NCBI GenBank assembly: GCA_949358305.1
Contig: OX442314.1
Location: 8,618,001 to 8,682,000 of the forward strand
Reading direction: 5' to 3'
Source: Strigamia acuminata
Taxonomy: Eukaryota
DNA: 64,000 bases
Both the position numbers and the translations under genes were made by a program. Every line of letters begins with the position of its first letter. Within the stretch, counting starts at the first letter, position 1. Of this stretch, positions 10,027 to 22,300 are shown one piece after another. Below the pieces are notes generated by a model. It was not told the origin of the DNA and ran no database searches. It was given only the letters and a program-made list of their open reading frames with translations.

Positions 10027-13000
10027 TTATCGCTCTCCTCTGCGAAGAGCCGGCAGCACTCCTCTGCATGGGCGGAGGATCACTGGCGGCACTGCCGGTG
10101 GCGGCGGTGGTAAATCCGGGGGCAGAGAGGTTGTCAGATCCGCAGGATCCTGTCGCTCGTTGAGGAAGTACTGCGGGTGACCGCCGACTGGCTCGCCAAT
10201 CAGCCCCGTACGTTCGTGGATCCAAATCCGGGTGGATGCCGGGAATCGGTCGGGAACGAGCCGGATCCTTCGCGACTCGGCGCTCGATCCGGGTTTCCGG
10301 TGGGCCCGCAGGATTCGACGATGGAAGACGGCGTCCATGGTAGATCGGGCCTCTCTGTTCAGCCATTTGAGGATTGACTCGCCGTGATCATCGGAGTCAA
10401 TGATGCGTTGTCGCGTGAACTCCGACATCTGAAGGAATGGGTATTCCACTCCTAACCTCAAGTAAAGCTGCGCTGTTGGGGGCGGCGGAGGCGACGGTGG
10501 AAGCGGAATCTCCAGTGGGCTCTCCAACGGCGGCGCAGCCGGCTCTGGCGAAAGAGCGGCCAGCTCTGCCGCTGGTGGTGAAGGAGGGGGCAGCGGAGGA
10601 GTTCGCGGTCCTCGGTTGGAGCGCTTCGGAATCAATATGGGTCGATTCGCGTACCGCTTCTCCTTTGGGAATACCGGCTTTGGGGTCGGTATGTATGGTT
10701 GGACCGCCGCCTCTGGGGGGGCGGTCTCGATGGCCTGTGGGAGGCTTGCTGCCGTCCCCGGTATCTCCGGAACCTCCCGAATTGTTCGCAACAAGGAAGG
10801 GTGGACTCCGGGGTCCCGGTAGCGGAATGCCAACGAACGCATCTTTGAAAACTGCAGGCCTGGGTTCTCCGTATTTCTGGCCAGGTCGAAGCGCAGCGAG
10901 GCGGGCTCAGGAGTCCATCCGGCCCATACCTGGTACAACGCCTGAGGAAGGTGAACTCCCTCACGGTCGACGATTGTCCAGGCCGCCATAGCCTGCCGAC
11001 TGTCCAAGAAGACGCCCAGGGACAACAGCTGGGCCATTACGTTTGTCACGGCCAAATTCAAACTGCTCCGATGGCAGGGGTGAGCGCGGTCCGGATTGTC
11101 ACTGAACTGTTGTGACAGCTTCCGCATCTGCTCGATCGCCCAATTGATGTGATGAGTTTGGGCGGCGTCGGCCTGTCGTATGGCCAACTCGGCATTCGCG
11201 GGGATCTCGTATTCGGCCAGATATTCCTGTAACTCGCTGAGTGGAGGATAGGCCGCTTCACGCCGGCATCTGGCGTCCATCTCTCGCTGTGCGTACCACT
11301 CGGCGTTGCGATAAGGTCGATACACTCGTGGCGTTGGGGGTGACGGTGGACGGCCCAACCCGGGTAGGTCATCGTATCTGACCCGTTTCGGAGTTGGATC
11401 TCCCACTGGAATCATCCGGGGAGGGGTCCACGCAGTTACGGCTGGATTCGTGCCCTCAAGAAGTGGCGGCCATCGCGCCACTACCTGTGGGGGTACGAGC
11501 GCTGTCGGCACGGTCGGAGTTGATCCCGACGGCCGGTTGGCCGAGTATCCTCGAAAGGCGTTCTTTAAAGCTTTGGCCAAATCCTGTTTCGTAACCGGTC
11601 CCTCTTTGTCCGACTCATCTGGGGACATTTGTTCCTCCGTCAACTCGCCCAAATCGATCTCCGCTTGGGGCTTGGATGGCCCAGCCGTGGGTCCGAGACT
11701 TTGGGGTTTGGACCTTTTCACGGCGGCCATCTCTCGCTCTTTCTCCAATCCTTTAGCGATCAGAGACTGTGCCCGTATCTTCTGTCGTATTTTACGCTTC
11801 CGATTCCTCCTGGTGCTGGCTGCGACGGATCTTCGTTGGACCGTCCTCTGGGGGACGTCCGTCGGAGAATCCGGTCTCTGGTGTGATGAGACGGTTCGTC
11901 GCGACGAGGATTGATCTGACGACTGTGTGGTAATCGCCATAAACAACGAGGATCTTTTCTTTCCTCGATCTTGGTGTGTCTCGGTCCTCGCAGCCCAGTG
12001 GGCGGAAGATTCGACAGTTCGCTCAGCCCGCGCGTCGTCTGGCGAGGCAGGCTCGAGCGTTACTACTCGGCGGCACTCCGAGCGCACGACAACTCGAGTT
12101 CGGGAACTGGAGCTGCTCGAGCGGCTGCGGTGGTCGCGACTCGTTGACGGGCCGGCCTCTATTGGGGAGACGGCCTGTCTTCTTCGTGCGGGTCCGCGTG
12201 GGGCGGACTCCGCCGGACGCTTCGATCTTCTGTGATGGCGGCGACTTCCCAGGATACCAGCGTGGTATAACTGCCACATCTCAGACTGCGTGGCCGTAAA
12301 ATTCGCCGGCGGTATCCATCTGGGTGTCAAATGGTCCTCTTCGATGTCGCGAAGCCATCTACGGATTTCTTCGGGGGAGAAACCGTTTCTCTCGAGAACT
12401 CGGGTTACTCCGTGAGTCTCGGTGCGCTTTAAGCGTTCGATCTCGTCGTCCACTATTCTCTGGCGGGCTGCCAAGGTCGGGGCCTCGCGCCACCTGTGGG
12501 AGGTGTGCAGCTCGGCCACCGTGCCTGGGTAAGCCTCTTCCAGATACCCGGAGTAAACGGGGCTCGGCGGATCCGCATCGGGTGGGATCCGCGGCCCCAC
12601 TCGCTCCCTCATCTCCTTCGTCATGCACTCAACCAGCGTTTTCGATCGCTCGAATTTTTCTTCGAGGGTCCTGGAATACATCAATCGAATTTTCCAGGCG
12701 CTGGTCTCCGCAGGATAGGCCTGCCGCAGGTAAATCGGCAGGGCTCCGCGAAAGATGTTGTTGGCGGTTGACGCCGTCGAAGGCAGGGCGTCCCACGATT
12801 CTAGCGGGTCGACCTGAATAATTTTAGATCACAAGATTAATATAATAAATCCCAGTTAACGATGGGGATCAGAAATATGCTCAAGATCGACGGTGGCAGC
12901 AACCCCTTTCTTTTGTTGCGGCCGTCGGTCTTATTTTCTTGTTTCGCAGTTCTGCGATGATCTCCGTCGTTGTAGCGCTGATCCAACACTACTTTTGAAC

Positions 13001-13489
13001 TCAGGTGATCCGCTTTTAGGAAGGGGTCGCAGGCAAAACCGATCGTTAAATTCTTAATTTTACGTTAAATTTTTTTATTTTAACTCTAATCGTATTTTAA
13101 TTTATTACGATGTTTAAATTTAAAAGAAAGAAAACCTTTAGTTTTGGTTTTGGTTTGCCACGAAGCCATTCCGCGAACACTTCCTTTGTTCTAGTTTTCT
13201 GGCGGCCTTGACTCCGAGGTGAATCTGGGTCCACTCTCGGGTTTTTAGCCAGCTTTAAATCAATAATAAAACAGAAAGAAATATATCAGTCACAAGTCAC
13301 GCTCCAATCTGGGTTGGATGCAATAGATTCAAAGAATTATGTGATTTCTCTGGGGAAATCACACTAATTTACCTGCAACGGCGGTTGTTTGTCCCAATTC
13401 TCATCTTCTTCTGCATTTACGATTAGGCCGTCGCTCTCGTCTCTTGACGATGCGCTCGGCTCTAATCGTGGGTTGCGTCGATCGGCCAT
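10027..13489 (-). CDS. Gypsy accessory ORF3, non-env, Pro/Arg/Ser-rich; predicted spliced (13489-13373, optional 13252-13136, 12813-10027)
   Basis: An 885-aa stop-free ORF lies between pol and the PPT. Its frame stays open upstream to a TTCAG| acceptor at 12813, and two upstream 117-nt phase-0 exons fit in frame. Confidence 0.65.
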
Positions 13490-13868
13490 TTCAATTTAGG
13501 AAAATGAAGTTTTGTTTGAGAGGTCTTTGTTTTCTCTTTGGGGAGAAGCAAAAAACACGTCTCGTCGTGTTAAAAACAGTCGGAAACTGGGCCTATCGAC
13601 GCTGAGAATTGTGGGTCTCGAACGCGTCTCGTATTTTGCGAGATCCGCCGTGCTGGCAATGACGCTACGGGGTCGACCGCGTGGTTTCATTGTCACGTGG
13701 TCGCCCGATACGTCATAACTTCTCGTCTGTTAGTGGTGACTGCGACAATTCGTTGCGAAGTTTGGACTTAGCCAAATTTTCGCGTCTCAACATGTGCAGC
13801 AGCTCTCGTAAGTAAATCTTTTTATTTTACAAGGCCTCCGCTCCATGTTATCACATTTTCTTTTATTT

Positions 13869-16800
13869 TTAGTTCTTCCCCACGACTTTGCCGTCCCGAA
13901 TGAACGGATTATTGCTTCGTCGTGGTCGAAGGTTGATTTTCGATGTGCATGTAGATCGTGACTCTACTTGCTCGTTCATCTCCGATGTGTTGGCATTTTT
14001 CTCCTTATTAATTTTTTTATTCTCCATTTCAGAAGTACATTCTTCTGCTTCCTCCCTCTCCGAAATTGCTTGCTCCGGCTGAGTTGGAGCCTCGTCGGCT
14101 GGGGATTCGGCGTCGAAGAATTCATCCTCGTTCTCCGTTATATTTTCAGCTTCATTTGTTTTTTGGAACGTGTCGACCACGGTGCCCCCTTGGCCGCTGT
14201 GTGTCTGACCTTCCAGCCAAATTTCCTGTGGAAATTCTGGCAGATATGGCCTTAAATCTCGGCCATGTATCGACTGAAAATTTTTGTTGTCCTCTAAGCG
14301 GCGCAGTTGGTATGCGTTGCCGCCGTGTTCGGCCACAATTACATAGGGACCGTCCCTCTTGTCGGCTAAACCGGCGGCGATGCCCCTCGCTGCATTGGAC
14401 AACGTGTGTGCCTCCTTCCACACTAGATCGTTCACTTTAAAGTTCGCGAAAGCGAGATCGCCTTCCTTATCTGCGATTCGCTCTCTCATGTTGAAAATAT
14501 GCGCCATCATATGCTGGTATGTGTCGGATATAGTCTGTTCCAACCGGCACACGTACTCATGTGGGCTCGATGGGTCTAATACGTTAACAGCTTCGGCCAC
14601 GCGTGGGTCCCATGGCATCCTTAATTCGCGGGCGAAGTTGAGGTACGCCGGTGAGAATTCGCGTGTTCTTGACACGGTTGAGCGAATGCTGAAAGCGATT
14701 TCTCGCAGGTATTCGTCCCATCGGTTGTGAATATCAGTGAATACTGTCAGCGCATATTTTATGTCTTTATTTAATCTCTCGACTGGATTTGTCTGAGGAT
14801 TATACGTGGAGGTGTTCGATGCATCCATTTTAAATTTTCTACAGAAGTCTTTGTATATTTTTGCTCGGAATTGGGGGCCGTTATCCGAAATGAGTTTTCT
14901 GGGAAACCCAAATCGCATTGCCACGTCGTAAAGGCACTCGACTATATTTTCAGCCGAGGGCTTCGCGAGGGCGTACAGCTCCGGCCATCGGGTGGCCACA
15001 TCCATAATTACGAGAATATACATGTTCTTGTTTCCAGTTGTGGGCTTGGGGCCCATCAAGTCAATGCTTAAGCAGTCAAACGGTGCGTAGGGTCCGAGAG
15101 ACATGGCGTTTCTGGCTACTTTATCTCGCGGTCTACACGCTTGGCACCGGGGGCAGTGTCGGATAAATTTCGTTATCTTTTGCCGCGCGCCCGGCCAGAA
15201 GAAAAGTTGTTTTACTCGATAAAGGGTTCTCGCTATGCCGGAATGGCTGGCGAGCGGGTGTCCGTGCATTAGCCACAACAGTCGGGTGTGCAGCGATGCC
15301 GGTACGACCACCTTAACCGAGTTTCCCGCTCCGCTGAGGTCGTCCTGAAACGTCGGGTGGTATTTTACCAGGAGTTCATCGTCTATGAGGTAGCTCGTTG
15401 CCTCTTTGGCGAACTGTTTTCGGCGGTGAGGGTTTGTCATCCCTTCCGGAAATTCGCCGTTTAGCAAATATTGCGTTATAATTTGACATTTCGTGTCTGC
15501 TGCCTGGTGTTCGACGAACTCACGTCTCGTGGGTGGAGCGTATTGTGTTTTTTCTTCAATTTTTGCTGTGAAGGCGCGTAGTAGTGTTTTGTGGGTTTCT
15601 CCGGGGGGCGGAGATTGAATTTCGGATGTTGAATCGTTCGTCCCAGCTGGCTGGTATGTTCGAGTCCAAAAACCACAAAACGTTCTATCTTCGGGCTCCA
15701 TCACTGGTAGCTCGTTCGCCTTTCGCAAACGCCATATTCTCCGTGGAGTCGGGCAGTACAAGAGGTGGGTGTCGTCCTCGCCGTCGTCGTCTGGACCTTG
15801 GGGGTCAGAGGCTGGGGCTCTTGAGAGGGCGTCGGCCACATGATTGTACTTCCCGGGGCGGTACGTAATTGTTATATCGCACGCCATTAACTCCAGTTGC
15901 CATCGCGCGAGTCGGCCGGAAGGTTCCTTGAGCTTCATCAACCAGCTTAGTGCCTGGTGATCTGTCTGAACCTCGAAGTTCGTGTACTCCAGATAGTCGC
16001 GAAATTTCCGAACTGCCCAAATTACGGCTAGGCATTCCAATTCCGTTGCCGTGTAATTTTTCTCCGCGCCCTGTATTTTTCTGCTTATAAACATACAGGG
16101 TACTTCCTGCGAGATTCCGTTGTACACGTGGGTCTGCAGAAGGGCTGCACCCAGTCCGATTTTACTCGCGTCGGTGTGCAACACGAACGGTCGGTTTAGG
16201 TCCGGCAATGGCATCTTTTCGACGTCAGCCAGCATTTGCTTGATAGTGCTAAATGCGGCCTCGCACTGGACCGTCCACTCAAACTCTTTATCCGTTTGTA
16301 AGAGATCCGTTATAGGCGCGGCCACCTCAGCCAGACCAGCGAGTAGTCGGCCGAAGAAATTGACCATGCCCATAAATCTCTGGACACCTTTTATATCTTC
16401 GGGTGCGGGGAATCCGTTTATTGCTTTGACCTTTTCGGGGTCAATCGCGATTCCCTCGACTCCTATTCGATATCCTAGGAAGGCAAGCTCTTTTCTGCAA
16501 AACTTGCTCTTCCCTGGATGGATGTGGAGTCCCGCCTTGGCTAGGCGAGAGACCACTCTATCGATGTGGTCTATATGCTCTTCGAATGTGTCCGACGTTA
16601 TTATGATGTCGTCGAGATACGCCCACACGAAGTCGTGAAGCATATCTCCCAACACGCTTTCGATCAATTTCTGGAACGTGCTCGGGGCGTTTACTAGCCC
16701 GAACGGCATCACGTTGAACATTAATCTTCCTATCGGGGAGTAGAAAGCCGTTTTCAGTTTGTCTTCGGGTTTGAGCTCCACTTGCCAATACCCCTTTGAC

Positions 16801-18005
16801 AGGTCCATGGTGGTTACCCACTTAAATGGGCTCAGCTCCCGGAGAATCGAGTCTATAGACGGCATCTGAATCGGGTCTATAACTGTTATCGCGTTCAGGG
16901 GGCGATAATCAATGCATAGTCGAGGTTCCGAGCCTGGACGCATTACCAGGACGATCCGCATGGCGTATTCGCCCAGGGCTTGTGTTACTATGCCCTTGTC
17001 GAGCATGTCTTGGCACATTTGCGTCACAATGTCTCTTTTCTGGGGGTTCATCCCCTTGTAAGGCACTCGAATCGGCTTGTCTGTGGTTAAGACTATTTCG
17101 TGCGTTGCTTCTGTTGTTCGACCGGGTGTCTTGGTCAAAATTCTTTCATGTTTCCGAAGCACTCGCCTTAGCAGCGATGCCTCGCCAACACGCAGTGCCG
17201 CCTCCTCGACCAGTGTGTCCACGACGTTACTCCTCTGTAATTCCAGAGTGAAGGCTGCGAAATCGTAATCTTGGACGAATTTTCGCAATCCTCGTCCGTA
17301 TTCCTCTTTGTCCTTGGCTTCGTCCAGTAGTTTTTGGGGAACTACGGGGACTGGCCGTTCTCCCTCGGGACTTATCCAGTTCCATGAACGGGTTATCGGG
17401 TTTGGCTGAATTTTCAGTTTTGCCATGATATCCATCCCTAGGAGGAATACTTTGTCGTGGGATGGCAAGACTATGAAGGGATGGGACAGGTTCCCTCCCT
17501 TCCAGTCGATCATGATGCGAACTACGCCCTTCGGCTTGACGTAGCCGTTGGCGGTGAGTAATTCTACGTTCGCGTTTACTTGTGCCACTTTTTTTTCGAT
17601 ATCCAAGTCCTTTACTATATCTTCGGATATGAATGAGCGGTCCGCTCCCGAGTCCAGCAGACCGAACATTTTCTGATTCTCTATCTCCACTGGTAGCATA
17701 CACAGAGTTTCGCAATGTGCTTTCGTGACATTGCAGTGAAATACGCGTAATGTCTGGGGCTCGACCTCCAGATTGAACGGAGGGTCCGTCCAATCCATGT
17801 CGACGTCTGGTTTCGTTCTCACTTGCATACTCGTTAACGTCACTTTTTCCTCCTTCTTCGGAATGGTCTGTATGCGGTCTTTGATCTGTGCCTCTGCCAA
17901 GGCATGACCTGCGGGTCCAGTGTGATATTTCTTCTTTTTAATTTCCGCGGCTGGCGCAGACGAAGCTGAATTTATTTCGGCGACGCCTGCGCTTGGAAGT
18001 TTTTT
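13869..18005 (-). CDS. pol: Gypsy Pol (protease, RT, RNase H, integrase), expressed by -1 frameshift from gag
   Basis: LLDSGA protease; MPFGL and YLDD RT; TDAS RNase H; HHCC zinc motif, D-D-E (SIDLMGP, ISDNGPQF, PVER) and GPY integrase motifs. The frame is open back to the slippery site at 18005. Confidence 0.95.
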   Translation of the reverse strand, partial: KKLPSAGVAEINSASSAPAAEIKKKKYHTGPAGHALAEAQIKDRIQTIPKKEEKVTLTSMQVRTKPDVDMDWTDPPFNLEVEPQTLRVFHCNVTKAHCETLCMLPVEIENQKMFGLLDSGADRSFISEDIVKDLDIEKKVAQVNANVELLTANGYVKPKGVVRIMIDWKGGNLSHPFIVLPSHDKVFLLGMDIMAKLKIQPNPITRSWNWISPEGERPVPVVPQKLLDEAKDKEEYGRGLRKFVQDYDFAAFTLELQRSNVVDTLVEEAALRVGEASLLRRVLRKHERILTKTPGRTTEATHEIVLTTDKPIRVPYKGMNPQKRDIVTQMCQDMLDKGIVTQALGEYAMRIVLVMRPGSEPRLCIDYRPLNAITVIDPIQMPSIDSILRELSPFKWVTTMDLSKGYWQVELKPEDKLKTAFYSPIGRLMFNVMPFGLVNAPSTFQKLIESVLGDMLHDFVWAYLDDIIITSDTFEEHIDHIDRVVSRLAKAGLHIHPGKSKFCRKELAFLGYRIGVEGIAIDPEKVKAINGFPAPEDIKGVQRFMGMVNFFGRLLAGLAEVAAPITDLLQTDKEFEWTVQCEAAFSTIKQMLADVEKMPLPDLNRPFVLHTDASKIGLGAALLQTHVYNGISQEVPCMFISRKIQGAEKNYTATELECLAVIWAVRKFRDYLEYTNFEVQTDHQALSWLMKLKEPSGRLARWQLELMACDITITYRPGKYNHVADALSRAPASDPQGPDDDGEDDTHLLYCPTPRRIWRLRKANELPVMEPEDRTFCGFWTRTYQPAGTNDSTSEIQSPPPGETHKTLLRAFTAKIEEKTQYAPPTRREFVEHQAADTKCQIITQYLLNGEFPEGMTNPHRRKQFAKEATSYLIDDELLVKYHPTFQDDLSGAGNSVKVVVPASLHTRLLWLMHGHPLASHSGIARTLYRVKQLFFWPGARQKITKFIRHCPRCQACRPRDKVARNAMSLGPYAPFDCLSIDLMGPKPTTGNKNMYILVIMDVATRWPELYALAKPSAENIVECLYDVAMRFGFPRKLISDNGPQFRAKIYKDFCRKFKMDASNTSTYNPQTNPVERLNKDIKYALTVFTDIHNRWDEYLREIAFSIRSTVSRTREFSPAYLNFARELRMPWDPRVAEAVNVLDPSSPHEYVCRLEQTISDTYQHMMAHIFNMRERIADKEGDLAFANFKVNDLVWKEAHTLSNAARGIAAGLADKRDGPYVIVAEHGGNAYQLRRLEDNKNFQSIHGRDLRPYLPEFPQEIWLEGQTHSGQGGTVVDTFQKTNEAENITENEDEFFDAESPADEAPTQPEQAISEREEAEECTSEMENKKINKEKNANTSEMNEQVESRSTCTSKINLRPRRSNNPFIRDGKVVGKN
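17954..18005 (-). promoter_or_regulatory. -1 programmed ribosomal frameshift site (A AAA AAC plus downstream stem-loop)
   Basis: The heptamer at 18005-17999 is in the gag frame. The stem GCGCAGGCG...CGTCTGCGC starts 6 nt downstream, and pol is in the -1 frame. Confidence 0.75.
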
Positions 18006-18495
18006 GCCAGGTTAGTATTTAACTCCATCATCATTTTCATCATGGTTTGCATGATGTCTTTTTCTTTGACGGTTTTCTCACATTTATCTGAGTAGTGGCC
18101 GTATTCTTCACAGCTGTAACATTTGATGTTACTTTTATCCCCTGTGGGAGTGAATCCCGGTTTTTTCGGGACGAAGGGCGTCGGGAATCGTCTTTTTCCT
18201 CCCAATGCTCCTCTCGCTTTTGTCGCCTGCACGTGTGCTCTGAATTGCGTGATTGCTAAGGCCCGGTGTGCATGGTGTAAATAGGGACCTTGATCGTCGC
18301 ATCCCGTTGATAAGTTTTCGAGGTGCTCATTTAGGGCTTCCTCGTCGCTTGATGCTGGCTCCTCTTCTTTAGCCGTGGCGAGAGGTGTTGTCTCTTCGAC
18401 TTTCTCCATCTGGGTGGAGTCCGTTGAGGTCACCTGCATCGCCGTCGCTGCCGGTGCTTTCTTTGGGGCAGCCATCGGGTTGGCTGGAAGAGTAC
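17972..18495 (-). CDS. gag: Gypsy gag C-terminal part with CCHC zinc knuckle (separated from the N-part by the Copia insertion)
   Basis: CYSCEEYGHYSDKC. It joins the N-part in frame across the AGTAC TSD (...KASST|LPANPM...). Confidence 0.9.
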
Positions 18496-19389
18496 TGTAG
18501 GACACTCGCCAAAATATTCATAAACGCAGTGGAAATAATAAAATACCCGATATATGAATGTCCTATCCAATAAATCGTCAAACGTCGGGCGGCGCGTCGT
18601 TAGGCTTTCCGGCGATGCGTATGCTCGGCGTCGTTCGCGTTGTGGAAACGTTCGCTCCTCGGGACGTGTATTCAACGTGAAATACAACGAAAATAAATAT
18701 AAAGTTTTGTAAAATAAATGTACTCACATGTGATAATGTTATATTATCACATATTAACCAATGTGAAACCAATGTCTGGGTTTCAGAATCCAAGCTGTGT
18801 TCAAATGTAGTTGAATCTTAAATGTAATGTCCAAAACTGTTAGTTTTCCATGCCTAGAAAATAGGTGAAGTTGGTCCAATCTGGGCCTATTTTCATGAAT
18901 GTATAATGAGGTGTCTGGCAGAAGAAAAACACACGTACACGGTTGAAAACTAAAACAGAATGAATGACTTTTATTCTGGTGACGTCATTGAATTTACACA
19001 CAGTACAAATCTTATGACAAAACGAAAAAGATAATAAATAAAGATACAATCTCTCACCACGATGATGTCATTGCTTTGACATCATCACCACAGACTAACA
19101 CGTTACGAGAACATTAACACATTTCGTGTGGCGCCCTCGTACCGCATACAAGCAACAACACTATAACATTTTACATCAAATAAGCCGAAATTCATCCAGT
19201 TTATACAATAAACGATCAACATATATCAAACCATTTACTGACACAAATATGCTTTCACAATTTCGACTTAAGACTCTAAATTCTCGTATTTAAACAATGT
19301 TATACAATTCAATTATCAGATTTTAACGTCTAACAATTATCTCTTTATGTAACAATCACCTCCTTAAATGTTACACGTTATATCTTGAT

Positions 19390-22300
19390 TCAAACATCCA
19401 ACATATCTGCACACAAGTCTTTTAACCGGTCCTGAGGCAGCCACTTTGTGAACAAATCTGCTAAATTCCATTTTGTCGGAATTTTCTCAATTGAGAAATA
19501 CTTTTTCTCGAACCAGTCTCTTAAGAAGCAATAGCGTATTCGGATATGTTTAGTTTTAGAATTTTCAAGATCATTTTCCACAAATTGTATCGATGACAAC
19601 GAATCCGAATACACTATTGGCATATTAATATAATCAAAAAGCACACAGCTTTCGAATATGCTGGATAGCCAATATCCTTCCTGGACGGCGTGAACTAGCG
19701 CCAAATATTCCGCCTCCATAGTACTGCACGCGACGGAACTTTGTTTCCGACAACCCCAACTAATGAGGGCATCGCCCATAAACAATGCAAACCCCCCAAA
19801 ACTCTTGCAGTGATGGAGGTCCGTCGCCCAGGAAGCATCGGTGTAAATGCGCAAATCTGTATTTATACACTTTGATAAATTAACACAATAATTTTTAGTA
19901 TTCACAACGTATTGAGCAATTTGCACAAGAGCCTTGACGTGTTTCTGAGTGTAGCTTGTGTTAAATTGGGACATGTATATTGTGGAATATAAAATGTCCG
20001 GCCTTGTCCTGGACGCGAGGAACATCAAACTCCCGACCAGCGAACGATATGGAAAGTCTGAGTTCGGATCAACTTCTTTAACATTGTGATTAAACGTTGA
20101 CCCGGCTGCAATAGGAACTCTCACTTTCGTATTTTGAGTCAAGTTGAATTTCACAGCCAACTTATCTATGAAATGCTTCTGGTGGAGGCATACCTTCCCA
20201 TTCTCACGATAAAATTTCACACCTAGCAATTTTGTGATCCGACCCAAGTTCACAATGTTGAATTTTTGTTTAATGAGGTCAATTAGGGCGCTCTGGGTTT
20301 CCACATCTTTTGCAAACAAAATCATGTCGTCCACGTATATCAAGAGGACGGCATTGCGATCAAAAGTGTAAACGCAATTGCATCCAATCACTTTGGTGAA
20401 ACCCAAATCCAGCAGACTGGTATTTAACTCCTCGAACCACATCCTGCCGGATTGGTGTAATCCGTACAATGATTTGTACAGGAGCCAAACATTGTCCGTT
20501 CCCGGTGTTTTGAATCCTTGCGGGATCTCCATATGTATGGGACAATCTAATTTGCCGTAAAGGTACGCGCATTTGACGTCCAGATGGACGTCGACCCAGC
20601 CACGCAAGATCACCAATAAACAGAAAAACAGTCGGATTAATGTGAAATTTACGACCGGCGAGAACACTTCTGTGTAGTCCACACCTTGCGTTTGTCTAAA
20701 CCCTTGTGCGACTACCCTGGCACGATATCTCACAATATTGCCATCTTCGTCTGGTTTCAACTTGTATACCCATTTGTGACCCAAGACCTTGGCCTTCGGT
20801 CGCGGCACCTCCTCGTACACTTCTCTTTCTTGTAATGTTTCAATCTCCTCTTCCATCGCCTCTCTCCATTCTTTAGATTGAGGCGAGGAAGCTGCCTCCT
20901 CGTATGTTTTGGGCTGCGTGACAGCACAATACACGCTGATGGGAGGTGTCGTTGCAGTGAGAACCGTCTCCATTGGTTCCTCGTCGGACGATTGCTCGAT
21001 TGTATTGATGGGCTCCTTCACTGGGGTGAAATCGAATTTTAATGGATTGAAAAATATCCTATTTCCCCGGCAATACGCTTCAACATCTTTCTTTGTTTTC
21101 AAAGGCCCTGTGCCATCTGGTGCGTAAAACAGCACATCAATTCTCCCAGCTGTAACACCTCCTTGCCTGGTCACTTGCTCCCTATCCCACCCATCTGCAT
21201 CTGTGGTTCGGGTGGCAATTCGAGGTTTCTTAACTTTTGCCCCCCCTTGGACTGGCTGTGTGGGAATAGGCGCTTGGGCCATTGGTCCCACTTGTGGTGG
21301 GACCTGCGCGAGGGGTGCTGGGACTTTACGCATAACGGGAGGCGAACCCGGTGGTGTAGTGGGTGGCATCGGATCATGGAATTCCTGTTGATACAACCCA
21401 CTCTCATCCGAATCGTAACCATTTGTATCCAAATCTGGTTGTTGAACATTTATGTCCACAGCATTAAAGGACTTCCAGTCCCTGGACTCATCAATGACTA
21501 AATGTTTTGTTTCGACTACCTCATTTGTAATTGGATTCCAAACCCTATAACCCCTTGTAGTGAATGCATACCCCACCAGTATGCCCTTCCATGCTCTTGA
21601 GTCGAGTTTGCTAGCTCTTTTGGGTTTGGGAATATGTACGAAACATAACGAGCCAATTGCACGTAAATGCTTCACTGCCATGCTTCTTTGTCTGAATTTA
21701 ATGTAAGGAATTTGTCCCTTCGCAAATAAATGTGGATACCTGTTCTTTAAATAAATGTAGCTGACAGCCAATTCTGCCCACAAAATCCACGGCAAATTTG
21801 TATCCTCAATTATTGCGCGCACATTGTTTAATATTGAGCGGTTTAATCGCTCCGCAATGCCGTTCATTTGTGCTGAGTACGGGTTTGTTCTTTGGGCACC
21901 AATGCCCTTTTGTTGCAGAAAAGAATCAAATTCCTTGCTGCAAAACTCTCCACCCCGATCCGTTCTAATTTCATGAACTTTCCTATTTGAACGGCGCTCA
22001 ACGCGCGCCAAGAATGTTTTAAAAATCGGAAAGGCCTCATCTTTTGTTTTCATAGGATAAACCCACGAAAAACGCGTTGCATCATCAACAATGCACAACA
22101 GATAACGTGCACCACCCAGTGATGTTGTGGGGTTGGGCCCCCACACGTCTATATGCAACAATTCAAGCGGTTCCCCACGCTCGCGATCATCTCTAACTTT
22201 GTAATTAGCACGGGTTGATTTTGCAATTCTGCATGAATCGCACGCAAAATTGTTTAGATTTCCTGTGAAATCTAAACCCGTGGTCTCCTCACTTTTCAAC

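Noticed and set aside
10027..12684. Calling Gypsy ORF3 an env gene
   Set aside because: No signal peptide, fusion-peptide context, Cys pattern or C-terminal TM segment is visible.
13869..14200. Chromodomain at the Gypsy integrase C-terminus
   Set aside because: The tail after the GPY motif is acidic and low-complexity, with no aromatic-cage pattern.
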